The translations under genes and the position numbers were made by a program. From Eledone cirrhosa (lineage: Eukaryota): a stretch of DNA of 64,000 nucleotides. Below, piece by piece: positions 1 to 13,903 of the stretch. The DNA is taken from contig OZ024749.1 in the NCBI GenBank assembly GCA_964016885.1, forward strand, positions 41,292,001 through 41,356,000, written 5' to 3'. The notes beneath the pieces were generated by a model. It worked only from the letters and a program-made list of their open reading frames with translations. It did not search any database and was not told where the DNA came from. The first letter of the stretch is position 1. Every line of letters starts with the position of its first letter.

Positions 1-545
1 AATTTTTGTCTCCATCTCTATAGATAAGTCCCTATATACACAGCCATATCTACATCTATATACACACTGCAGTGTGTATATAGAATGAGAAAATATGAAG
101 TAGTTGTAGATGTTAAAGTCCTTTATTGATAAGGATGTGATACATATTTAAATGAGGATAGTAGCCATGTGATTCCATGCAACCAGTGTCATGATCTCAT
201 CAGACAGCTTCATTACATAATAAGGTTACGTTCTCAAGGCAATTCAAACTAAAACAACAAGAGAACAGACAAAGATGTTGTTTTTGAAGCCTTCGCCCAA
301 CATGTCTGCAAAACGTAAATAGAAACAACAAAGCAAACAACACAGTACAATGAATAAATATATTAGTTTAACACTTGATATAGTAGGAAAAGAGTCTGTG
401 TTTCAGACATGTGTCCTTCATCAGAAGATAGAATGAGAAATAAAAGATGAAACAGAAAGATAGAGAGTTAGAAGAGGAAGGAACGGAAAAAAGGATTTTG
501 AGCAAAAACACATATATATTCAGTCGGCCATTTTGGAATTGAAAA

Positions 546-577
<32 letters not shown>

Positions 578-629
578 CTGGCATATCTACATCTATGTCT
601 GTGCCTATATACACACACCATACCTATGC

Positions 630-1075
630 ATGTGCCTATATACACACCATGCCTGTGCTAATATACAGCTATGCAGGTATCTATACACACATGACTATGC
701 TGATGTCTATATACACACTGGTATGCATGTGTATATAAACACATCCATATCTACATCTATATACACACCATGCCTGTACCAATATACAGCTATGCAGGTA
801 TCTATATACACATGACTATGCTGATGTCTATATACACACTGGTATGCACGTGTACATACACACATCCATATCTACATCTATATACACACCATGCCTGTAC
901 CAATATACAGCTATGCAGGTATCTATATACACATGACTATGCTGATGTCTATATACACACTGGTATGCACGTGTATATACACACATCCATATCTACATCT
1001 ATATACACACCATGCCTGTACCAATATACAGCTATGCAGGTATCTATACACACATGACTATGCAGGTGTCTATAT
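630..1075. repeat. 121-bp tandem repeat, ~3.7 copies
   Basis: ATGCCTGTACCAATATACAGCTATGCAGG recurs at 770, 891 and 1012. Confidence 0.9.
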
Positions 1076-1314
1076 ATACACATTATTATGCAAATGTCTA
1101 TATACACACATCAACAAATGTGTCTATACACTCTGCCATAACCACAATATGTCTGCACCTCATTGTGAAAATAATTTTTTTTTAAAGTCACACACTAAAA
1201 ATAATAAAACAGATTTTATTCTTGTTTTATAATTGTTTCTTATTTAAATATATTTTGATTATAATTATTTATTTATTTATTGTACAACTTTTGAAATGTA
1301 GACATATGTTGGTA

Positions 1315-1805
1315 TTGATGATGGTGGTGGTTGGTAGCATGTGTGGTTGGTGGCATGTGGTGGTGGTGGTGGTTGGTGGCATGTGTGGTTGATGGTGGTG
1401 GTGGTGGTGGTGGTGGATTGTGGTTGGTGGTGGTTGGTGGCATGTGTGGTTAGTGGCATGGGTGGTGGTGGTGGTGGTGGTTAGTGGCATGTGTGGTTGG
1501 TGGTGGTGGTAACGGTGGTACTGCTGGTGTTGGCAGTATTAGTGGTAATGGTGGTGGTGGTGGTGCTGGTGGAAATAGAGACTAAAATGGATGGTGGTGG
1601 CAGTGTTGTTGGTGACAGTAGTGATGATGATGATGATAGAGGTGGTGATGATTGTGTTGATGTTGTTGATGATGATGGTAGAGAACATGGTTATAAAACT
1701 GATGATGGTTATGATGGTCATGGCGATGATCATAGTAATGGTGATAGCGATGATGATGATGATGGTTATGGCAGTGGCGGTGGTGGTGGTGGTGGTGGTG
1801 GTGGA
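1315..1805. repeat. (GGT)n/(GAT)n low-complexity tract
   Basis: Degenerate trinucleotide repeats. Confidence 0.9.
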
Positions 1806-2201
1806 AATGATGCCATGAATCTGAGGAGCCGAGGTTGAGGCATAACATACCACTGAAAGGCATTATCAAAGGAAAGAGTGCCAAGAGGAAGTGTCCAAGC
1901 AGCAATCGGCCCTTGAAAACCTTGGTGTACCATCAACTCACTCTGTTGGTAACTTGCAGAAGCTTCCGGAAGCTTCTTCTTCCGTGTGTTTGTGGCCACC
2001 AAGTGTAGTAATACACTTGTGGAATATGTTAGCCTTGGCTTCAAGCTATGGTAGGGTGTGTACAGCTGTCAACAGGGTACTAGTTCTCCTACTTGAACAA
2101 CAACAACAGTTCTCACATTGGGGTGACAGACTAGCCGTAACTTGGGTGTATTTCATAGTAGAAAGCACACATGTGTATATATATATATATATTTATATAT
2201 A

Positions 2202-2288
<87 letters not shown>

Positions 2289-2301
2289 ATTTATACGTGT
2301 G

Positions 2302-2371
<70 letters not shown>

Positions 2372-2625
2372 CACACGTATAACGCGAATGTGATACAAAG
2401 CCAACACACACACATATGTTAACACGTGTATGTATATATTATATATATGTATATTAGTGTGTGTGTGTGTGTGTGCATATATATAAATGTGTGTATATGC
2501 ATGTATATAAGTATGTGTGTATATGTGAGAGAAAGGAGGCCAATGCAATCTGTAATCAAATTCCCACAGAATTACGGATGTTTAACAGGAAATTCCATGA
2601 ACAAGTGGAAATAGTTCTGAAATAT

Positions 2626-4955
2626 ATGGTGGTGGTGGTGGTGGTGGTAGAAATGGTGACAGTTGTGGTGGTGATGGTGGTGGTGGTGGTGTGGTGGTGG
2701 TGTGGTGGTGGTGGTGGTGGTGGTGTGGTGGTGGTGGTGTGGTGGTGGTGGTAGAAATGGTGACAGTTGTGGTGGTGGTGGTGTGGTGGTGGTGGTGGTG
2801 GTGGTGGTGGTGGTGGTGGTGGTAGAAATGGTGACAGTTGTGGTGGTGATGGTGGTGGTGGTGGTGGTGGTGGTGGTAGAAATGGTGACAGTTGTGGTGG
2901 TGGTGGTGGTGATGGTGGTGGTGGTGGTGGTGGTAGAAATGGTGACAGTTGTGGTGGTGGTGGTGGTAGAAATGGTGACAGTTGTGGTGGTGGTGGTGGT
3001 AGAAATGGTGACAGTTGTGGTGTGGTGGTGGTGGTAGAAATGGTGACAGTTGTGGTGGTGGTGGTGGTGGTAGAAATGGTGACAGTTGTGGTGGTGGTGT
3101 GGTGGTGGTGGTAGAAATGGTGACAGTTGTGGTGTGGTGGTGGTGGTAGAAATGGTGACAGTTGTGGTGGTGGTGGTGGTAGAAATGGTGACAGTTGTGG
3201 TGGTGGTGGTGGTAGAAATGGTGACAGTTGTGGTGGTGGTGGTAGAAATGGTGACAGTTGTGGTGGTGGTGTGGTGGTGGTGGTAGAAATGGTGACAGTT
3301 GTGGTGTGGTGGTGGTGGTAGAAATGGTGACAGTTGTGGTGGTGGTGGTGGTAGAAATGGTGACAGTTGTGGTGGTGGTGGTGGTAGAAATGGTGACAGT
3401 TGTGGTGTGGTGGTGGTGGTAGAAATGGTGACAGTTGTGGTGTGGTGGTGGTGGTAGAAATGGTGACAGTTGTGGTGGTGGTGGTGGTGGTAGAAATGGT
3501 GACAGTTGTGGTGGTGGTGTGGTGGTGGTGGTAGAAATGGTGACAGTTGTGGTGGTGGTGGTGGTAGAAATGGTGACAGTTGTGGTGGTGGTGGTGGTAG
3601 AAATGGTGACAGTTGTGGTGGTGGTGGTGGTAGAAATGGTGACAGTTGTGGTGGTGGTGGTAGAAATGGTGACAGTTGTGGTGTGGTGGTGGTGGTAGAA
3701 ATGGTGACAGTTGTGGTGGTGGTGGTGGTAGAAATGGTGACAGTTGTGGTGTGGTGGTGGTGGTAGAAATGGTGACAGTTGTGGTGGTGGTGGTGGTGGT
3801 GGTAGAAATGGTGACAGTTGTGGTATGGTGGTGGTGGTAGAAATGGTGACAGTTGTGGTGGTGGTGGTGGTAGAAATGGTGACAGTTGTGGTGTGGTGGT
3901 GGTGGTAGAAATGGCGACAGTTGTGGTGGTGGTGGTGGTAGAAATGGTGACAGTTGTGGTGTGGTGGTGGTGGTAGAAATGGCGACAATTGTGGTGGTGG
4001 TGGTGGTAGAAATGGTGACAGTTGTGGTGTGGTGGTGGTGGTAGAAATGGTGACAGTTGTGGTGGTGACGGTGGTAGAAATGGTGACAGTTGTGGTGGTG
4101 GTGGTAGAAATGGTGACAGTTGTGGTGGTGGTGGTGGTGGTAGAAATGGTGACAGTTGTGGTGGTGGTGGTGGTAGAAATGGTGACAGTTGTGGTGTGGT
4201 GGTGGTGGTAGAAATGGTGACAGTTGTGGTGGTGGTGGTGGTAGAAATGGTGACAGTTGTGGTGGTGGTGGTGGTAGAAATGGTGACAGTTGTGGTGTGG
4301 TGGTGGTGGTAGAAATGGTGACAGTTGTGGTGGTGGTGGTGGTAGAAATGGTGACAGTTGTGGTGGTGGTGGTGGTAGAAATGGTGACAGTTGTGGTGGT
4401 GGTGGTGGTAGAAATGGTGACAGTTGTGGTGGTGGTGGTGGTAGAAATGGTGACAGTTGTGGTGTGGTGGTGGTAGAAATGGTGACAGTTGTGGTGGTGG
4501 TGGTGGTGGTAGAAATGGTGACAGTTGTGGTGGTGGTGGTGGTGGTGGTAGAAATGGTGACAGTTGTGGTGTGGTGGTGGTGGTAGAAATGGCGACAGTT
4601 GTGGTGGTGGTGGTGGTAGAAATGGTGACAGTTGTGGTGTGGTGGTGGTGGTAGAAATGGTGACAGTTGTGGTGGTGGTGGTGGTAGAAATGGTGACAGT
4701 TGTGGTGGTGGTGGTGGTAGAAATGGTGACAGTTGTGGTGGTGGTGGTGGTAGAAATGGTGACAGTTGTGGTGTGGTGGTGGTGGTAGAAATGGTGACAT
4801 TTGTGGTGGTGGTGGTGGTAGAAATGGTGACAGTTGTGGTGGTGGTGGTGGTAGAAATGGTGACAGTTGTGGTGGCGGTGGTAGAAATGGTGACAGTTGT
4901 GGTGGTGATGGTGGTGGCGGTGGTAGAAATGGTGACAGTTGTGGTGGTGGTGGTT
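2626..4955. repeat. ~33-bp G-rich minisatellite, AGAAATGGTGACAGTTGT(GGT)n
   Basis: Dozens of copies of a constant 18-bp core separated by variable GGT runs. Confidence 0.97.
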
Positions 4956-5650
4956 GTAAAATCTTAGTTTTATTGTACATTTGTATATGTGTATGTTTGT
5001 ATGTGTATATGTTTGTGTCTGTGTGTATATGTGTGTCATTGTGTCAAACTGAATATGGAATGGAGTGGGGGGTTTATATTTTATTTATTTTTAAATCTTT
5101 ACTGGAAATGTCAGTTTTTGTGTGTTTATGTGAGTTTGTGTGTGTGTAGCTATGTTTGTGTGTGAGTGTGTAGCTGTGCTTGTGTATCTGTGTGTGTAGC
5201 TATGTTTATGTGTGTGTAGCTGTGTTTGTATATATATGTGTGTAGCTGTGTTTATGTGCATGTGTAACTGTTTATGTGTATGTGTGTGTGTAGCTGTGTT
5301 TATGTGTGTGTGTAACTGTGTTTATGTGCGTGTGTGTGTGTGTGAAGCTGTGTTTTTATATGTGTGTGTGTGTGTAGCTGTGTTTATGTGTGTGTGTAGC
5401 TGTTTATGTGTGTGTGCAGCTGTGTTTATGTGTGTGTGTGAAGCTGTGTTTATGTGTGCGTGTGTGTGTGTGAAGATGTGTTTATGTGTGTGTGTGTAGC
5501 TGTGTTTATCTGTGTGTATGTGTTTATTCTTTAAGTGGCTTGGTTGTTTGCTTGTATCATATATTTCAGTCTGCCTGTGTTTATCTTTATAGTTGTGTGT
5601 GTATATTTTGGGATTGTATGTCAATGTGTGTGTATATATATATATATATA

Positions 5651-6060
5651 TGGTGGCTGCCAACTCGTTTGCGAGTACGGCCACTACTTTATATCCATGT
5701 AGGAGAACCCCTACCGATGCGCTGAACGAGTGTGACTTTTTAGTCCAGCCAGCGACTTGAAAACTCTGGTACAAACACTACACTTGTGACAATTATTGAC
5801 ACAGAGTGCTGGCCCATGGTACCATGTGAGGACAAGTGCAGAGAGATCTCCAGATATAAAGCAATGCCTGTGCCGTGAAGCTTTTATAGTGAGCAAAGGC
5901 ACTGCACAAAGCCAGTCCCACTCTCTTAACCAAGATGATATTTACCAAAAAGAAGAACAAGTCAATATCATTGGATACCATCAGGGTTGCAGGTGTTATA
6001 TCAGAGTTTTCCTTCTCCTAGAATTCTGCCTTGACAAAGGCTAAGGGGTCATCTCTCCCG
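5651..6060 (-). mobile_element. RTE-derived non-autonomous retroposon, 5'-truncated copy
   Basis: Near-identical to 9965-10548. The 3' part encodes [22 protein letters not shown], a C2H2-like RTE C-terminus. Flanked by (TA)n. Confidence 0.75.
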
Positions 6061-6595
6061 AATATATATATATTTACACACACATATATATACATACATA
6101 TATATATGTATATATATATATATGTATATATATATATGTATATATATATGTATATATATACATATATATATACACATATATATACATATATATATATACA
6201 TATATATATATACATATATATATACATATATATATATACATATATATATACATATATATATATACATATATATATACATATATATATTTATATATACATA
6301 TATATATATATATATATACATATATATCATAAAACATGTCTATAGAATCACAAGATAAAATATATACCATTTCCTCTCCCAATTAGCATAATTAACTATA
6401 TAAAAAATCGAATAGACCAGGCTATAAGAATGAGGCTTCTATGAAGAAATCTCCGACAAATAACCGAAACTTACCCTTCGCGTCGGCCGCAGCGGAATAT
6501 TTATCGAATATTTCGACAGCGTAATCGCCCAGATACAGTCAACTAAACAGAATTAGGTGTAAAATAAACTAGAAGAAAATAGAATACATTTAAAT

Positions 6596-7242
6596 ACCTC
6601 TACCATGGTTTCATCCGTATTTTGAGTTTTCCAATAATTATGTAATAATAACCTCGATAATAATTATGTAATAATAAACTCGAGCTCGAAATAATAATTA
6701 TGTAATAATAAACTCGAGCTCGAAATAATAATTATGTAATAATAACCTCGATAATAATTATGTAATAATAAACTCGAGCTCGAAATAATAATTATGTAAT
6801 AATAAACTCGAGCTCGAAATAATAATTATGTTATAATAACCTCGATAATAATTATGTAATAATAAACTCGAGCTCGAAATAATAATTATGTAATAATAAA
6901 CTCGAGCTCGAAATAATAATTATGTTATAATAACCTCGATAATAATTATGTAATAATAAACTCGAGCTCGAAATAATAATTATGTAATAATAAACTCGAG
7001 CTCGAAATAATAATTATGTAATAATAACCTCGATAATAATTATGTAATAATAAACTCGAGCTCGAAATAATAATTATGTAATAATAAACTCGAGCTCGAA
7101 ATAATAATTATGTAATAATAACCTCGATAATAATTATGTAATAATAAACTCGAGCTCGAAATAATAATTATGTAATAATAAACTCGAGCTCGAAATAATA
7201 ATTATGTAATAATAAACTCGAGCACCGGATTCATCAGGAAGT
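6596..7242 (-). ncRNA. Type I hammerhead motif with a tandem array inside stem II
   Basis: Minus strand: ACTTC-CTGATGA-ATCCG-[~608 nt]-CGGAT-GAA-AC[CATG]GT-A-GAGGT. Confidence 0.65.
6633..7222. repeat. Mixed 34/26-bp tandem array (~19 units)
   Basis: AATAATTATGTAATAATAAACTCGAGCTCGAAAT and AATAATTATGTAATAATAACCTCGAT units. Confidence 0.95.
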
Positions 7243-7343
7243 TTGCTCCTATCTAGACACTAAATTTTCCAAAGTGATCGCACCAAGAATTTATTCAAAA
7301 TGTATACTATATATATATATATACATATATACATGTATGTATA

Positions 7344-7403
<60 letters not shown>

Positions 7404-7471
7404 GATAAATCCACCAATTAATGGTAGGGTCCAAGCCGTATTTTGTTTAATTTCATTGTTTTCTCTATTTG

Positions 7472-7522
<51 letters not shown>

Positions 7523-7707
7523 AACGAGTAGGACCCCGACGGCTGAGCTCAAGCCGTTTCGATGGCTAATTCTGGACTCTACTACCCACTCTACTACCCT
7601 AAGTATTGAGTACTTTGGTGCTTTATGGTCCATCTGGTTCCTTACCACATTTCCTTCGCTATATATATATATACACTCACATATATACATATATATATAT
7701 GTATGTA

Positions 7708-7768
<61 letters not shown>

Positions 7769-8169
7769 ATATATATGTATGTATGTGTGTGTATATATAT
7801 GTATGTATGTGTGTGTATATATATGTATGTATGTGTGTGTATATATATGTATGTATGTGTGTGTATATATATATATGTATGTGTGTGTATATATATGTAT
7901 GTGTGTGTGTATATATATATATGTATGTATGTGTGTGTATATATATATATATGTATGTATGTGTGTGTATATATATATGTATGTATGTGTGTGTATATAT
8001 ATATATATGTATGTATGTGTGTGTATATATATATATATATGTATGTATGTGTGTGTATATATATATATGTATGTATGTGTGTGTGTGTATATATATATAT
8101 GTATGTATGTGTGTGTATATATATATATGCATGTATGTGTGTATATATATATATGTATGTATGTGTACG

Positions 8170-8400
8170 TGGAGGCATAATGTTGTGTTCTTGAGCAAAA
8201 CACTTCATTTCACGTTGCTCCAGTATACTCAGCTGGAAATGAGTACCAGCTATAGCTGGAAGTTTAACCCTGCGATGGACTGGCGTCCTGTCCAGGAGGG
8301 AGTCTTGTACTCTCAGTCGCTTCACGCCATGAAACCGGGATAAGCACCAGCTAAATGAGCCTTCTGGCTTAAGACAGACTTTAGACTTTTTTTTTTTTAG
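8170..8400 (+). mobile_element. SINE fragment
   Basis: GTGTTCTTGAGCAAAACACTTCATTTCACGTTGCTCCAG and CCTGCGATGGACTGGCGTCCTGTCCAGG are conserved metazoan SINE central-domain motifs; T-rich tail. Confidence 0.65.
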
Positions 8401-8440
8401 TATGTATGTGTATATATATATATGTATGTATGTGTATATA

Positions 8441-8670
8441 TAATAATAATAATGAAATTATTGTGTAAAGTACTCAGGTGCACTACAACTCGTCAATATA
8501 GTACATAGAATAATACACAAATGTCAGGGAAGTACATGTGTGTATGTGTTAGCTGTTCTGTTGGCGGATCTCGGGAAGCATAGAGGCCTTAAAGGATGCA
8601 GTGTCTCGACAGCTAACAACTGATGCAGGTAGTTTGTTCCATGCTTCAGCAACTCTGAGCGTGAAAAAAA
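8441..8670 (-). mobile_element. CR1-clade LINE 3' end
   Basis: [27 protein letters not shown] plus 3' UTR and (ATT)n tail; same family as 37490-37880 and 41000-41232. Confidence 0.8.
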
Positions 8671-8928
8671 TATATATGTATGTATGTATATATATATATA
8701 TATGTGTATATATGTATATATGTATGTGTATATATATATGTATGTGTATATGTATATATATATATATATGTATGTGTATATATATGTATGTATGTATATA
8801 TATATATATATGTATGTGTATATATATATATGTATGTATGTGTATATATGTGTATATATATACACACATATATATATATATATAAACAATATATTAATAA
8901 ATGGAAACTATATTTATAAAACCATAAT

Positions 8929-8993
8929 TATTTTATTGTATATATTTCAAGGGCAACCAAGGCAGTTTTGGTGCGCTTTCATCAGATAAAATA
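8929..8993 (-). ncRNA. Degenerate hammerhead motif (U16.1 to C)
   Basis: Minus strand: TATTTTAT-CTGATGA-AAGCGCACC...GGTTGCCCTT-GAA-AT[ATAT]AC-A-ATAAAATA; stem I is identical to the 29.3/29.5 kb copies. Confidence 0.55.
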
Positions 8994-9064
8994 CAAAATT
9001 TGTTTTTAAAATGTTGACATACCCTTAGAAAAACAACCTTGACGGTTGAAGGTTCGCTGGATAT

Positions 9065-9098
<34 letters not shown>

Positions 9099-9328
9099 GT
9101 ATGTGCATATATATATATATATATATATGTGTATGTGTATATATGTATATATATATGTGTGTATATATGTATATATTTATTTACGTAAAGTTTGGAGCAT
9201 ATGTGCATAAACACCTACTCATCGTACTGTAATATTGCAGTATTGTGTTAGCTCAATGTACATAGACAGAGCCGTTATATGCAAAAGAAACCAAAGAACG
9301 CTTACATACTCAAACAGAGTCTTTATTC

Positions 9329-9373
9329 ACTAACAATGTTTCATCCTCATCTTTAGGCAGAAATCATCAGAGC
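9329..9373 (-). ncRNA. Degenerate hammerhead motif
   Basis: Minus strand: GCT-CTGATGA-TTTCT...AGGAT-GAA-AC[ATT]GT-T-AGT then AATAAA; stems are weak. Confidence 0.4.
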
Positions 9374-9964
9374 TCAACAAATACCGTATTGAGTATAAGC
9401 TCCACAATAACTTAGTCACACGGACAATCAGAAAAAACAGAAAAAATAATAGGGGGATTGGAGATAGCTAACAAATAGGTTCATGCTGGGGTTACTAAGC
9501 ATCAGTGCAAACTACCAAGGTACAATTGGATTCAATAAGATGAAGACACAGTAGATGGCACTCAAAAATGTAGAATGTAAAATAAAAAAGTGTGAAAGTA
9601 TTAAAAAGTACATAATAAATACATAAAAATACATAAGGAAATACAGCAAATGTTAAAACATAATATAAATTATATTAAAGTAATAAAAAATAATAAAAAT
9701 AAAGATAAAAAATAATAATAGAGATAATATAATAAAATGAAATGAAGAAAAATAAATGAAATAAAGTAAAATAATTAAATAAAAAATATATACTAAAAAT
9801 AAATGAAAATACAATAAATTAATATAAAAAGGTATAATAAAATAATAATAAATGATAATAAAATAATAAAATAATATAATAATAAAATTAAATTAAATTA
9901 AAAAGATTAATATATATATATGTATGTATGTGTGTGTATATATATATATATGTGTTGATGCTAT

Positions 9965-10695
<731 letters not shown>

Positions 10696-11179
10696 GCCAT
10701 CATCATCATCGTTTAACATCTATCTTCCACGCTAGCATGGGTTTAGAAAGGAATTGTCCCACATGAGGCAAGATTGGTTGACTTGCTCGTATAGGACTGT
10801 CTGGCGGGTTTTCTAAGGCTATGTCCTCTGATATCATGAATAAGTTTATCTTCATTTCCTGTTCTTTTTGTTTTGACGTAAACTACAAACTGAGCTCACT
10901 TGAAAATATTTCAGACGATGGCAAGATAAAGAATAATTTACTTCCTGGAAAGCTATACACTACTAAATCCCAACCAGTATGGCTTTCTATGGCAGAAACT
11001 AACTTTATCATTATTTATCTGGTGTTTAGAATATAACTTAAGAAAGATACTTACATAAAATTATGATGGAAGGTTTTTTTTAGATAAATATATACACTTA
11101 AAAGTATACTGTTTTGTATTGTAGAACAAGGAGTGGTTTCAGACAGTTTTGTATCAAAAGTATAAATATAGTTTCTGCA

Positions 11180-11500
11180 CCACTTTGCTAACATTTTAAG
11201 TGTGTCATGACAAGTCTCCAACACTGATGTCATATGCCTTGACTTCAGTTTTGCCTTCAATAGAGTTGACCATAACATTCTGTTGTCAAAACTAACCAAC
11301 ATTGGAGTCTTTGGGAAACTATTGTGGTGGATTAACTAATTGCTAGGAAACAGAACACCAAATAGGATTAACAGAATCCTCTGAAACCCAGCAAATGTCA
11401 TCAGTAAGGTCCCCCAAGGCACTGAATTAGACCCACTTCTTTTCATGATTTATTTCACTAACATCACAAATATCATCAAACACAACACAATAAAGAACCT
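11180..11500 (+). mobile_element. Decayed CR1/L2-clade reverse transcriptase fragment
   Basis: TDVICLDFSFAFNRVDHNILLSKLTNIGVFGKLLWWIN* and VISKVPQGTELDPLLFMIY match RT motifs LDFSKAFD and GVPQGSVLGPLLF, with stops. Confidence 0.85.
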
Positions 11501-13469
11501 TCAGGAAGTTATCAATAGAATATGATGTATCTATGGCCCACAGCAGAACATCTGAAATGGAAGATTTGCCCTCCCTCTACATTTTATACTAATTTTCATA
11601 TCCTACTTACTATCCATATGTGTATTCATTTTGATGGAAAAAAAAAAATAAATAGCAGCCTATAAGCTGTATTGCAGATGAGCATTATAACTGATAAGAA
11701 ATCATGCTCCACACCCCACTCCACCCCTACTCATCTCACCTTTGGCCCATTCTAACCCATACACCCCAATGTAATGGCCCTTTTGAGTTCTTGAGTTTGA
11801 GACTCCTCTGTTGAATGGAGTTTTATAGAGGCCATGTAATATGACAGTTACAGTCTGATGACATTTGTCACCCCCACTACCCATATCAGTAATTTGTATA
11901 GGTTTGTTTGTTGTTGCTTTGTTAGGAGTGTTTTGGGTATAGTTCTGAAGGGTTTGATTGGTTTTTACTTTATCCAGTGTTTAAATTTATAGGTTATATC
12001 ATCTTAAGTTCATAAATAAGGTAGTATAGACTTGGTATTGTTTAGTTTGAGTTTCAGTTAACAAAGGATTTTATATAATCATGAGTCATTGTTAACGCTC
12101 CAATCTGATCTACATGTTGTTGAACAAGGGTTAATATCAGCTCATCCACTTTGGAAAAAGAGGATGTACTTAAACAGCTATATTGTCTTTGCTTCAGTCG
12201 AAACTCTTATGGTGTCTGGCCATATTGGAGGCTTGGTGATTGGTCAACATAGCTCGTATGATATCCTCAAAACTTTTCCAGTCCCAAGATGCAGATGCTA
12301 TGTCAATCATCATTCTATTCTCCACCTTTTCACAGTCTCCACAAGAGTACTGTCATTCTCTGTATTCCATTAGAGTAACATCACATACAGTCTCCACCAA
12401 AGTACTGTCATCCTCTGTATTCCATTAGAGTACGGTGGCCCTCAGTACTCCACCAGAGTATTATTACCCTCTGTATTCCATTAGAATACTGCTGTTAGAG
12501 TACCATTATCTTGTATATCATGCTGAACATTTATATAATTATTTGGCAGAGTCATTAGAACATCGGATAGAATGCTTTGCCTTTCATCCTTTTGAGGTTG
12601 ATAAAAAAAAGTACCAGTCTAGTACTACAGTGGATTCTTCATATATATCTCTTTCTCGTTTCCTGTCTCCCACTTTCTATCTTTCACTGGAAGAAAGCTG
12701 CTGTAATCAGGCCTAGAGAAGGATGGGCTCAACCAGGTTTAAAATGCCCAAGAAACAGTGTACGTCAATACGGCACAAATATGACTCTATCAGGAGTTAC
12801 GGGAGCAAACACACATACATACATTATGTCTGCAGTCTTTGTTGCAACATATGACTAAATACCCCGGTGCATTATCCATCTGCACTGTGTGACAGTGCAA
12901 TAATTATAATCAAGCTATATGACAGGACTTGATTTTGGGAGATTGCTTCAATTATTTGGGATTGTCTTCTGCTATAGCCTTAGGCTCTGTGAATGGAATT
13001 AAGGAAGCCAGTCATATATATGTGGGTGTGTGTCTGTGTGTTAGTGGGTGTATATGCCTGTCAATGCAATGTCATATGTGATGACAGTTGTTTATGTCCT
13101 CCATAAGTTATATGTCCTACAGTGTAGTAGTTGAACTAATGTTAGTGGTTTGTATAACATACTTAAAATAAAGTATAGGTTGGCATCGGGAGGACATCCA
13201 ACTGCAGAAAACCTTGGGAAAAAATAAAATAGAACATATATAAAAATGATGGTGTTGGTGATGATGGTAGTGCAGGGCTTGATAATGGTATTGATGGTGA
13301 TGATGTTGATGCTGATGGTGATGATTTTGATGATGGTGGTGTTGTGTAATGGTGGTGATGATGAGAATGATAATTAATGATGATGATGTATGTGTGTATG
13401 TGTGTGTGTGTGTGTGTGTGTCTACATTTAATCGTTCTCTTTATGTTTTAATTCAACAAGTAAACCACC

Positions 13470-13700
13470 CAGTTGAAAAAAAAATCTGTTAGAAATATAC
13501 CACACAGTTGATAAAAACATCTGGTAGAAATATACCACACAGTTGATAAAAGCATCTGTTAGAAATATACCACACAGTTGATAAAAACATCTGTTAGAAA
13601 TATACCACACAGTTGATAAAAACATCTGTTAGAAATATACCACACAGTTGATAAAAACATCTGGTAGAAATATACCACCCAGTTCATAAAAGCAACATGT
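13470..13700. repeat. 35-bp tandem repeat, ~6 copies
   Basis: CTGTTAGAAATATACCACACAGTTGATAAAAACAT. Confidence 0.9.
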
Positions 13701-13903
13701 ATAAATGTGGCACCCACCCAGTTGATAAACCAAACAGGTGCAAGTATGCTACCCTGGTATAAATATGGCATTCAGTTAAAAAAAAACAACATCTGGTATA
13801 AGTATGCCTCCCATTTGGTACACTTATTGTCGAAACTGACAGAGGTCAGTTTAACTTTTGATAATTTTTTTTTTTTTTTTGGCAAATTATTTGTCAGAAT
13901 AGT

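Noticed and set aside
395-430. Minus-strand CTGATGA-AGGAC...GTCT-GAAAC hammerhead-like motif
   Set aside because: No NUH triplet with a pairing stem I; at best a decayed relic.
1850-2160. Complex sequence with a possible minus-strand exon
   Set aside because: No recognisable protein similarity or partner exons.
2570-2628. Possible first shark exon (MFNRKFHEQVEIVLKY)
   Set aside because: It lacks the SH2 W-x-H motif and a credible donor.
2626-4955. CRISPR-like constant repeat plus spacer look
   Set aside because: Spacers are only GGT runs, the context is eukaryotic and there are no cas genes.
2556-5039. 827/802-aa His/Thr/Pro-rich ORFs
   Set aside because: Translations of the GGT minisatellite, open in all minus frames, with no gene context.
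5711-5790. C2H2 zinc-finger gene
   Set aside because: Part of a three-copy retroposon with frameshifts between copies.
6605-6632. WFHP codons as the start of the shark SH2
   Set aside because: The frame runs into the tandem array, and the sequence is better explained as the antisense of a hammerhead.
7418-8343. YI/HT/VC-repeat ORFs here and across the window
   Set aside because: Products of (TA)n/(TG)n microsatellites.
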